This document shows positions 53,601 through 64,000 of a stretch of 64,000 nt of DNA, in pieces. Location of the stretch: positions 60,390,001 to 60,454,000 of the forward strand of contig NC_045697.1 in assembly GCF_009834535.1 (NCBI RefSeq), written 5' to 3'. How positions within the stretch are numbered: position 1 is the stretch's first letter; each line of letters opens with the position of its first letter. The notes below the pieces were generated by a model that saw only the letters and a program-made list of their open reading frames with translations, searched no databases and was not told where the DNA came from. The translations under genes were made by a program, and so were the position numbers. This DNA comes from Camelus ferus. Taxonomy: Eukaryota.

Positions 53601-56579
53601 ATTAAAGCAGAAGGAATTAGAGACAGACACAACACTATTGATTTGGGCCAGAATTTTAATATGCAATTCAAGAAGCATTCTGCCTTTATCATCAGTCTAT
53701 CAGCTTTTAATTCTCCAGCAGCTCACGTAAGAAAAGTCATCCAAAAATATAATCAGCCCATGTTATCTTTACATAGTGATAAAAAGCATTCAAATATCTA
53801 CATTACTCTATTGGATTTGAGTGTTTATGGTCACAGGGATTTCAAATTTTCCTGTATGTGACAGAGAAGAATGACAAGAAAAATGGGTCACACAGTCAGT
53901 CTAGTACCAGGGTTAAGGAGTAGGACATCAGCTCTGATGACTTGGAGAAGAGAGAAGCAAGTTAACATTTCAGCATTTTTAAATGACTTAAAATAGCTTA
54001 TTAATTAACGGCAGAAATCCAGAGAAAGTAATAGTTTAAATAACTGTGTGTGTGTGTATTTTTGCAAATCTTGAAAATCAGAATCCAAACAGAAACAATC
54101 AAACATACCATAGTATTTAAGCCAGCCGTGGTTTAAAATATGTTTCTTTCCAGGCCTGTGTTTTATGATCAATAAAATAAAATGACAAATGAGTTCATAC
54201 AAGTCAGATACTTTGAGCAATGCTTTGGATCATGGTAATATTCAGTAAATGTTAATTTTATGTCACTTTATAATAGGGTTCACACAAGCCATATTTGTTT
54301 CCAGAATGTTAGTGGGAGATGTTCTACATGGGCATTATAAAATGGATAAAAGAATGACAGACACTGTAATCTAATCTGCCACACCATGTATATACTATAT
54401 AAAGGCACAGTAACTCCTATATCAATTTCTACCCACCTCTCCTCAAGTAAAGACAATAATCTATAACAAGTGCAAATAAGGAAATCATATTTTGTTTTTC
54501 TAAATCTTACTACTATTTTTCATTTGGGAAATAGGTAATTTTGCTTTGTTAAGTCTGACATATATATAATAGAGAGAGAGAGATTATACCCCACAGAATT
54601 TTTTAGTATACTTCGAAAAAAGTTGATCATAAAATCATATTAATAAAGTGCTTTATTTGGAAAAGTTGTTTCCAAATAGCTTTATTTTTTTCCTCCATTT
54701 TATAAGCAGCTACCAATCACAATCCCTCAGCACTGTAGTGCTCATGGTAGTGGTCAGTAGAGACAGAAACTGACTTCCTCTAGTGGTTAATAACAGAGTT
54801 GACTCCTCAAGAGATACATGTGTTTAGATACAAATAACCACAAAGATCAGTGATGCAAGAAGTGACCTGAGAGAATATTAGAAACAAAAATAAGAGGTAT
54901 AAATTATAAACAAAATAATACATATTCTGAGTTGAATAAGGGAAAAAAATCAGTATCTTGAAGTAATACAAAATTAAGTCATGGAAAAAGCTGAACTGTG
55001 CTATGCATGTTTGAAAGGTGGATCCAGTGAAACACCTGCCTCCAGATATTCTAAGCTAAGAAACCAGAGGAAATGGCTGTGTAAAATTAGAATAATATCC
55101 AAGACAATTTTTAGAAAAGCACCCTGAGACCTGTGGAAACTGAAGAACTGTATCTTAGGATAAGTAGTAATGTCACCCAACCAGTGAAAAACACTGGATT
55201 AAACAGGAAACACAGGGGTTTTAGCTTAAGGATTTTTCATTCCACAAATTTTGAGCTATGCGTTTTTTAAAGTTGAAAGTCACATTTAGTTGTATTCAGA
55301 TTTTCTACTCAAAAGATAAACTTTATTTTCTTGGCCAGTCCTTAGAGCAAACTAGTATCCCTTAAACAAAGCATAAATTGGATTATAAAAGGAAACTAAT
55401 TTTAACTGCAATCTGGATATGTGATGCTTTTGATATCTCTACCCCTCCTCTCTTGCCTTCTCTCAAATCCCCTTTTAAAGAGTTAAAATATTTGTATTTG
55501 TTAGATTTTGTTAAGTTTGGAATCAGGAATCAGGTACATTCTTTGTTTTTCCCTCTCATTTAAATCACTTGAGTGTAACCAGATTTAAATAGTCACACAT
55601 GAGGTATTTTCTTTTTCCCTCATATTTCTATTGCCACAAAGATGAACTTTATAACATTGCAGAAACAGCTAATAATTCAAAGACGAGAAAGTTTTACACC
55701 ACCATTCTACCGGTCTAGCTCTAACATTCCAGGTGCGTGGAGTGTGGGCTGGGGTTGGGCATGTGGGGCCAGCTTTTGACAAAGCAAAAGCTGAATATTT
55801 TTAATTCCTCATACAATTGAACAAAACAGTAACAAAGGAGAAACTAAGGTGGGATGATAGAAAGTTGAAGTTATGAGATATGATACATTCCCCAACCTCA
55901 AAGCTTCAGGAAAATTTAAGTTTACAAAATGTTTATAGAGATAACACATGGGAATTAAGGATAGGAGCTTCCGAAGGTGGGAAAGCTCCAGCTGCAAGCT
56001 GCATTAGGTAAATAAGCCCTTTAATGCTGTGGATACAAGCAAAGCATTCCTACCTGAATGACCGATTTTGGAAAAAAAAAAATTACAACTTTAGGTAAGC
56101 AGTTTCATTCAATAAGTCCTAACTTGGGCCTTTACAGTTTGAATTCCTTTCTATTTCTACTGAAAACACGACCTTTAATTTGGTCCCAAAGGTTTTTAAG
56201 ACTCTTGAGAGTCAGAGATCAATAAAGATGTTTAATTTTAAATAATAAAATTTGTCATGGAGTCAGCAGACCCTACTGGAAAGAAGACTGATTTATATGT
56301 CAGTTGTTACAATTTCTAATTTTGAATGAGTCCTCACCGGCAAGTTGTGTTGGAGGAAAAGAGAAGGATTTAGACATTAAGAAAGAGGAATAAAATGCAC
56401 TTCTAGCCAAAATACATATTTTTGCAGTACAGTATTAAGAAAGACAAAACTGGTGTTCAGGGTATTTGGTTTGTTTCTTCCTTAAAATTGGGGAACTAAG
56501 GTGAGTGTGTGGGGGAGGGAATGAGGTGGGAAGCAGCATTAGGCTGAGGGAATTTCCTTAGAGGGAATTTATTAGGCTC

Positions 56580-57532
56580 TGTTATGAACTACATGTGTGT
56601 GTCCCCTTAAAAGTCCTTAAGTGAAAACTATGGCCCCCAAGGGTGACGGTATTAGGAGGTGGGGCCTTAGGCAGGTGATTAGGATTGGGTTACGTCATGA
56701 GGGTGGAGCCTTCACTAACGGGATTACGGCTTTATAAGAGTCAGGTGGGCCCTCACTGCCTTTTTCTCACCTTGTGAGGATACGGGAAGTCAGGCGGCTG
56801 AGCTCCGGAAACTCAGAAGCGCGCTCTCACCAGAGTCTCATCGCACTGGCGCCCTGATTCTGGACTTCCCAGCCTCCCAAACTGTGAGAAATAAGTTTCT
56901 GCTGTTTTTATGGTATTTTTGTTACAGAAAAATACCGGTGTTACGGGGAGGAGGGGAATGAAAATTACCTCGGTTCTTAATCACCCGAAAAAAAATGAAA
57001 ATTTTTTTTTAATGAGAGACAGAAAGTGTGATATAAACAGAAGCCTTTATTACTGAAGTAGAAAGGAAGTAAAATACAGTACAGCCCCCAGAACTGAGAG
57101 CGGGCGGATCCAGGAGGGAAAATGGCGCCGCTCCTTCGTTTCCCTGCGTCATACCCTGGCGTAGGGGGCGTTTTGGAGGTTGGTTGATTCGCGGCTCACC
57201 TTCCTTGTGCTCAGGCGCGCCCATCCCTTTTGTGCGTGTTCTTACCCATGGTGCACACAGAGAAACGTTCGGGAGGGGCTCAAACTGCAGTGTTCATTAC
57301 ATTATAATGAACACTGGGTCAAGTTAAGCTGGGTCCTTCTCTGTTCTGCGCAGCTGCACCGTTTGAACCTAGTCGGCTTCTTCGCCAGCCCTCATTTAAA
57401 GAAGTTAAAAATTTTGGAGCCTCTTATCCTGAGTGCAGGTTTACTGTTATTTTCTGGGTTGTTCCCTCCCCCTTCCTCTCCCCTGGCCCAGTGCTCATTT
57501 CTATCTAACTGTCTAACAAAGGGACTAAGACA
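56580..57532 (+). mobile_element. MaLR solo LTR (MLT1A0-like) interrupted near its 3' end by a younger LTR
   Basis: TGTTATGAACT..GTGTCCCC..GGTATTAGGAGGTGGGGCC..GGACTTCCCAGCCTCC..ACTGTGAGAAATAAG; terminal GGACTAAGACA displaced to 57522-57532; TSD GGCTC/GACTC. Confidence 0.92.
56939..57518 (-). mobile_element. ERV1-like solo LTR, CpG-rich, nested in MLT1A0
   Basis: TGTTA...TAACA inverted termini (left end may instead be the TGTTACAG at 56920); TTTATT near 57045 (AATAAA on minus); separates two parts of MLT1A0. Confidence 0.8.
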
Positions 57533-57799
57533 GACTCTGTTGTGCTTTGACACAGGTGTTGTGCACTAGAGGTGAAAATTGTATTATCCCATTTGTTAGT
57601 GGAAGCTCTATAGAGGGTCTCCCTTAGCTAAGCCCAATTAAGAAGGTGGAGAAAAGTTAAAAATTCATTCCTTTGAGAAATATCTGAGTTGTTTGACCCC
57701 TTCTGGTCTGAGGCCTATACTGGGAATTTGGAGCTCATGTCTTTATAGGACAGTGTCAGGAGCTCTGCTGATTTGGGAGAGAGAGCCGATCTGCCCAGG

Positions 57800-58418
57800 T
57801 GTAGGAGTGACAGTTAAAGTCACAAAACACAAATGAAAGAGTTAGGCATTTAATCACTTACTGGGATGGTAAAAGCAAGAATCCAGAACCAGAGGAATGG
57901 CTGGCTCCCGCGGAACCATTTTCCCTGAAGGAAGGGCTCTCTGGTGGAGGGCCAGGTGGTTCAGCACAGATGTGAGGTGTTTCGCTGAGAGCTCTCCTGA
58001 CAAGAGGCTCTGGTAGTTCTTTTGGAATCTGGAGGACTGAATTCTGGGGTCATGGGAGTGTGGAGAAGTACGGCTTGGAGGAGGAAAAAACGTGGGTACT
58101 GAGTCAGAGTAGGGAAACGTGTCCTCAAGGCTTCCCCCGCCTCCTCGCGAAAAGGAATCCTTGGCGGAAGCAGCTGAAGAGGAACTTGGTCAAAGGCCTC
58201 AGGTAAAGAGGCCTAGGAGGAAAGGAGACAGGCTGAGAAGGTAAGTGTGTAGAGACCGCGACTGCCCAGCGGACCTGAGACCTTGGCTGCAGCACCCTCA
58301 GGCCTGCAGTGCACTGGCCGGCCGCTGTCTGGCATGGGGAGACCAGCCCTCCCCCGTGAGGCCTGCCAGACAGGACTTTGTAATTGCCTGTTGTATCAGC
58401 TCTGAAAAATCTCATACA
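57800..58418 (-). mobile_element. Probable LTR, family unassigned
   Basis: TGTA...TACA termini, ~620 bp GC-rich block with sharp edges, TTTAAT (ATTAAA on minus) near 57850; no clear TSD. Confidence 0.5.
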
Positions 58419-59091
58419 CATTTTTTTAACCAGGAGCCAAACTCTAACCAATTTTATCATCTGAAAAATAAACATTGATTGCAATTGCTTTGACCTAATT
58501 CACTAGAGTACTGAAAGATTTCTGAGAGATAATGCGTATTTGATTTTAAGGTCAAATAAGGATGAGTAACTATATGACTGTTTTTGAAAAGCCATAGTGA
58601 CAGAGGAGTCCACAATAAGCCGATAGACCAGTAAAAATATTTTGGGTTTCTCCTACTAATGGAGAAACATGACTCATTAAATTTTAGGAGAATATGAGTC
58701 CCCAAGAAAGTCAATCAAAATGAACAGTTATGGAAAAGTCAAACCAATTTCTGTTGTACTGAGTGCTCTGAAAATGAAAAAGATAATCAATAAAATAGAA
58801 GGCAATATACAAGAACAATTTTAGTTTTTCAATAGCCACTCAAAAACCAGAGAAACATTTAAACTGTTAGACCAGTTTTCACCAAGACTGTGACTGAGAT
58901 GAATTTATTTTCTGAGTATGTTGAAGTTGAAGGAAAGTCTATATGATTGAAAATAGTGTGACAAGCTTTCAACAAAACACAACAAATCACAATTGCCTAT
59001 TTCATTCCTATATGCCTGGAAAGCTTAAAAAATAAGAATGAAAACACATGAGAAAAAATAAAATATAAGTGTGTATGTTGGTTTATATGAA

Positions 59092-59092
<1 letters not shown>

Positions 59093-59136
<44 letters not shown>

Positions 59137-59139
59137 TTT
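59093..59139. repeat. (TG)n(TA)n(T)n compound microsatellite
   Basis: Read directly. Confidence 0.93.
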
Positions 59140-60299
59140 CCTAAACACATAAGGGGGAGAATCCTTTCTTTGCACTTATTCTGGGTTTCCAGCTGTAATT
59201 CATCCTATATTTACCTGAGGCCAAAAGAAAACCCTGTGATCTAGTACAGGCATATGTCTTACTGCATAGCTTATGCCTGAAGCCAGTGAAAGGAAAGTCT
59301 TATGAGTGAGAACATTCTCCAAAATATGTATAATGAACTATATCATCCTCAGGAAATAGACTCAGGCCCAAGTTATTTAACAGAGGAAAAAATTTACCTA
59401 AAATTTCTGAGAGTAAAAGTCAAATGATCCCAGTCCCACACAGAAAATAAATAACCATAGCTTCCTAAGTGCTTCCTCCGTGCTTACAAACTAACACTAA
59501 AACTTGAATCTTATACAATGTAATGTTTTTAGATTTCAGTGAATCAAATAATAATCTTAAGAAAAGGAAATAATAGTATCAAGAGTAATATTTTGGGTCA
59601 AATGGAGAGTACATTAAAAAAGAGGCAGAGGGAAAACAGTGTTACAGTTTCCCTGAGATAATCATTGCTGAGTTGAAGGCGGAAGAGAAAGGTTTTAGGC
59701 TGTTGTGGCAAATGAGGGATAATATTTGGCGGTGCTTTGTATTTTAGGGACAAAATCATTAAGCTCTGGAAGCAAAGATTTATATTAAGTGTCATGGCAG
59801 AAACCAAATTTAATTTGTGTTAAATGAATAGAGTCATAAGTTTACATTATATGGTGGAACTACTGGTTATTGGAAATGAAGATTTAGATAACATGACTCA
59901 TTCAACATTTATTGTATTAATTTAAATAATTGGAAAACTATGACATCTAGATGCTTGTGCTAAGACAATAAGAGATAGGGTAAAGAAATGTATTTTAAGG
60001 AAAGCTGTATTTTTGCCTTTATTATGTAATAATATGCTCTTTACTTAAAAAATCTTTTGTGTATTAAAACATTTTCTTTATTATAAATCTGTTGGTACTT
60101 TTTTTTTTATTTAAGTCAAGCTTAACCATTCTCTTAGTTGCAAAGAAATAAAAGTGCCTGTCATCGATGACACCTGGATACCTTTAAGTATTATATTTAG
60201 GGAGTATTTACTAGTTAAGCTGCAAAAGAAAATCTCCAGATATCAACCCAAAGTGACAGGAGTACAACTACAGGAGTTGCTATTAAACTTTTCTCTCTC

Positions 60300-63200
60300 T
60301 TTTTTTTTTTTAAATTGAAGTATAGTTATTTTACAATATTGTTAGTTTGAGGTGTACAGCCTAGTGAATCAGTATTTTTGCAGATTAAATTCCATTATAG
60401 GTTATTATAAGATAATGAGTATAGTTCCCTGTGCTATTCAGTATATCTTTGTTACTTACCTATTTTAAATACAGTAATTTGTATCTGTTAATCCCATATC
60501 CCTAATTAGTCCCTACCACCTTTCCTTTCTCCTTTTGTAACCACAAAAGTTTTTCTATCTATATGAGTCTGTTTTTTATATACATTTGCTTGTATTTTTT
60601 AGATTCCATACCTAAGTGAGATCATATAGTACTTGTCTTTGTCTGACTTATTTCATTAAGCGTAATATCCTCCAGGTTTTTCCACACTGCTGCAGGGGGC
60701 AGTATTTCATTCTTTTTTATGGCTGAGTAATATTTCATTATGCATATAATACTTCATTATATATATGTATGTGTGTGTGTATATGTATATGTACATGTAT
60801 GTGTGTGTGTGTGTGTGTATGTGTATATTCTTCTTAATCCCATTGTCTGTTGATGGGCACTTGGATGACTTCCATGTCTTGGCTACAGTAAATAGTGTTG
60901 CTATAAACATTGAAGCACATGTATCTTTTTGAATGAGAGTTTTCACTTTTCCAGATATATAGGAATAGAATTTCTGGATCATGTCATGGTGCTATTTTTA
61001 GGTTTTTACTGTTTTCCAAAGTGACTGCTCCAATTTACATTCCCACCAACAATGTACAAGGTTTCCCTTTCCTCTTCATTCTGGCATGGGGAGACCATGG
61101 TATACTTTTCATGATGGCCATTGTGGTATTGATTCTGTGTTTAGCAACTTTGCTGAATTTATTGATCAGTTCTAACATTTTTTTTAAATGGGGTTGTTAG
61201 AGTTTTTTCTATATAATACCTTGTCATCTGCAAAGAGTAACTATTTTACTTCTTCCTTGCCAATATGAATGCTTTTAAATTTCTTTTTCTTGTTTAAGTT
61301 CTCTGGATAAGACTTCTAATATTATATTGAATCAAAATGGTGATAGTGTCTGATTCCAGAACATAAAACACAAGATTTCAGCTATTAAACATTGAGTATA
61401 ATGTTACCTTTGGTCCTGTTTCATATATGGCCTTTATTATATTAAGATATATTCCTTCCATACCCGTTTTGTTGAGAGTTTTTATCATAAATGGATGTTG
61501 AACTATATCCAATGCTTTCTTTGCATCTATTGAGAGAATCATATGATTTTTATCCTTTATTTTGTTAATATGGTATCTCACATTTATTTTTTGCAGATGT
61601 TGATTCATTCTTGCATCCATGGAATAAATCCCACTTGATCATATTGTATGATCCTTTTAATGTATTGTTGATTCTTTGCTCTCTCTCTCTATATATATAT
61701 ATTATTGAGGATATTTACATTTATATTCAACAGCAAGATTGAAACTGTCTGATTTTGGTTTTAGGGTAATGCTGAACTTGTAAGATGTGTTTGGAAGTGT
61801 TCCTTCCTTGTCTGTTTTGGGAACAGTTTGAGGATTAGTATTCTTTTGAATGGTAGAATTCACCCTGAAGCTGCCTGGTCTTGGACTTTTGTTTCTTGGG
61901 AGGTTTTTGATTACTGATCAGTATCTTTACAAGTAATTGGTCTGCTCAGATTTTCTATTTCTTTATGATTCAGTCTTGGTAGGCTGTATGTTTCAGGAAT
62001 TTATCCTTTCCTTTGAGATCACTATATTCATTGGTATATAATTGTTTATAGTATTCTCATAATCCTTTGTATTTCTATGGCATTTGTTTTAACATCTTTT
62101 TCATTTCTGATTTTGAGTTCTATCTCTTTGTTCTTTGTGAATTTAGCTAAAAGTTAATCAGCTTTGTTTATTTTTTCAAAGAGCCAACTCTTCATTTCAT
62201 TCATTGTTTCAGTCTGTTTAATTATTTCCACTGATACTTATTTCCTCCCTTCTACTAAAATTTGGCTTCCTTCTAATTATTTGAAGTGTAAAGTTCAGTT
62301 TATTTTAGATTGTTCTTGTTTCTTGAGGTAGACATTTTTATGAACTTCCTCTTAAGACTGCTTTTGCTGCATCTCATAAGATTTGATACTTTTTTTGTCT
62401 TTTGATTTCTCTTTCAATTCTTTGGTCATTTCTTGTTTAGTAGCATGTTGTTTAATCTCCACATATTTGTGAATTCTCCAGTTTTATTCTTGTAGTTGAT
62501 TTCCAGTTTCATACCATTGTGGTAGGAAAAGATGCTTGATATGAGTTCAATTTCCTTAAATTTATCAAGACTTGTTTTGTGGCCTAACACATCTTGCTGA
62601 ATATCCCATGCACACTTGAGAAGATGCATATCAGTTTGTTTCTGGATGGAATATTTTGTATATATCTGTTAAGCATATATGGTCTGATGTGTTATTTAAA
62701 GTGTATCTTTCCTTGTTAATTTTCTGTCTGGATGAGCTATTCATAGGTGTAAGTGTGGTATTAAACTCCCCTACTACTACCGTATTGCTGTGTATTTCTC
62801 TGTTGAAGTCTATCAATATTTGTTTTATGTATTTAGGTGCTTCTATGCTGGGTGCATAAATATTTACAAAAGTTATAGCTCTTCTTGGATGGACTCCTGC
62901 ATCATTATATAATGACCTTCATTATCTCTTATTACAGGCTTTGTTTTATAACTCTATTTTGCCTGATATAAGTGTAGCTACTCGAAATTCTTTATTTGCT
63001 TTCCAGTTGCAGGTAATACCTTTCTCCATGCTTCACTTTCAATTTGTGTGTCTTTACATCTGAAGTGAATATCTTATAAGCAGCATATAGATAGGGCTTG
63101 TTTTTTTTAATCCATTGAGACACTCAATTTTTACTGGATAATTTAGTCAATTTACGTTTTAAGTAATTATTGATAAATATAGAATTCTTGCCATTTTCCA

Positions 63201-64000
63201 TTTGTTTTCCTATAGTTTTTTAGTTCTCCTGTTTCCTTCTTTGCTTGTTCTATTTCTTAGCGGTTTGATAACATTTTTTAGTAGTCTATGCTTAGATTTC
63301 TTTTTCTCTTTATATCTATTATAGGTTTTCTTTTGTGGTTACCATGAGGCTTACATATAACATATATTTATAATAGCCTATTTTAAACTGATAACAGCTA
63401 AAATTTGAATGCACTCTAAAGCTCTACATTTTTACTCTCCCCCTACAATTTGTTTTTGATGTCACATTTTACATCCTTTTATCTTATGTATCCCTTAACT
63501 AACTATTGTTGTAATTTAGCTACTTACTTTGTCTTTAACCTTCATACTGGCTTTATGAGTAATTTACCCACTACCTTTACTATATATTAAATTTTACCAG
63601 TGAGAATTATACTTGCATATGTTTTCTTGTTTCCAAGAAATGCCCTTTCTTTTCAGACTAAAAAAAAAAGTCATTTTTAAAATTTCTTGTGTGGCCAGTT
63701 TAGGGATGAGGAAAATCTTTACCTTTTGCTTGTCTAGGAAACTTTTTATCTCTCTTTCAATTCTGATCAGTAACTTTGCTAGGTAGAATATTCTTGGTTG
63801 GAAGTTTTTTGTTTTGTTTTATTTCAGCTCTTTGAGCATATTATGCCACTCCTTTCTGGTCTGCAGTTTCTGCTAAAAAGCCTACTATAGTCTTATGAGG
63901 GTTCTTTTATAAATAACAAATTGTTTTTCTCTTGCTGCTTTTAAGATTCTCTCCTTGTCTTTTAACTTTTAGCATCTTAATTATATTGTGGCTTACGTGG
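60300..64000 (-). mobile_element. Older LINE-1 with internal deletion, running off the window
   Basis: Poly(T) 60300-60311 and 3'UTR; ORF2 fragments ([64 protein letters not shown]); likely ORF2 ATG at 63194; spacer; ORF1 C-terminus (KVKDKERILKAAREKQ) near 63640-64000. Confidence 0.95.

Noticed and set aside
57180..58484. 129-aa and 119-aa ORFs in the GC-rich cluster
   Set aside because: They lie within LTR sequence and cross element boundaries, with no gag, pol or env similarity.
1..64000. CRISPR array, operon, rRNA, or a prokaryotic or viral defence system
   Set aside because: The sequence is mammalian and repeat-rich, with no regularly spaced direct repeats, no gene-dense ORFs and no recognisable viral coding sequence. 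The RT-like sequence is ordinary L1.

Overview
AT-rich, CpG-poor mammalian genomic DNA, intergenic or deep-intronic. It is most likely camelid (alpaca/llama/camel), based on two tRNA-Ala-derived Vic-1-type SINEs at 12.6 kb and 43.1 kb. I recognise no host protein-coding gene. The only recognisable protein sequence is decayed LINE-1: a young, 5'-truncated minus-strand L1 at 26.7-29.9 kb, and an older minus-strand L1 from 60.3 kb to the window end. The rest is a mosaic of L1 fragments, L2, MIR, hAT MITEs, MaLR/ERV solo LTRs and microsatellites. Repeat family names come from my recollection of consensus sequences, and boundaries of old repeats are approximate. I found no convincing new biological system. 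The most unusual signals are: (i) a ~1.8 kb CpG-rich cluster of nested LTRs at 56.6-58.4 kb with YY1/GC-box motifs and a perfect splice donor; (ii) an exact 18-bp copy of sequence from that cluster inside the L1 at 61.08 kb, next to a ~1.1 kb deletion; (iii) two plus-strand exon-like segments (21194-21232 and 34736-34830).
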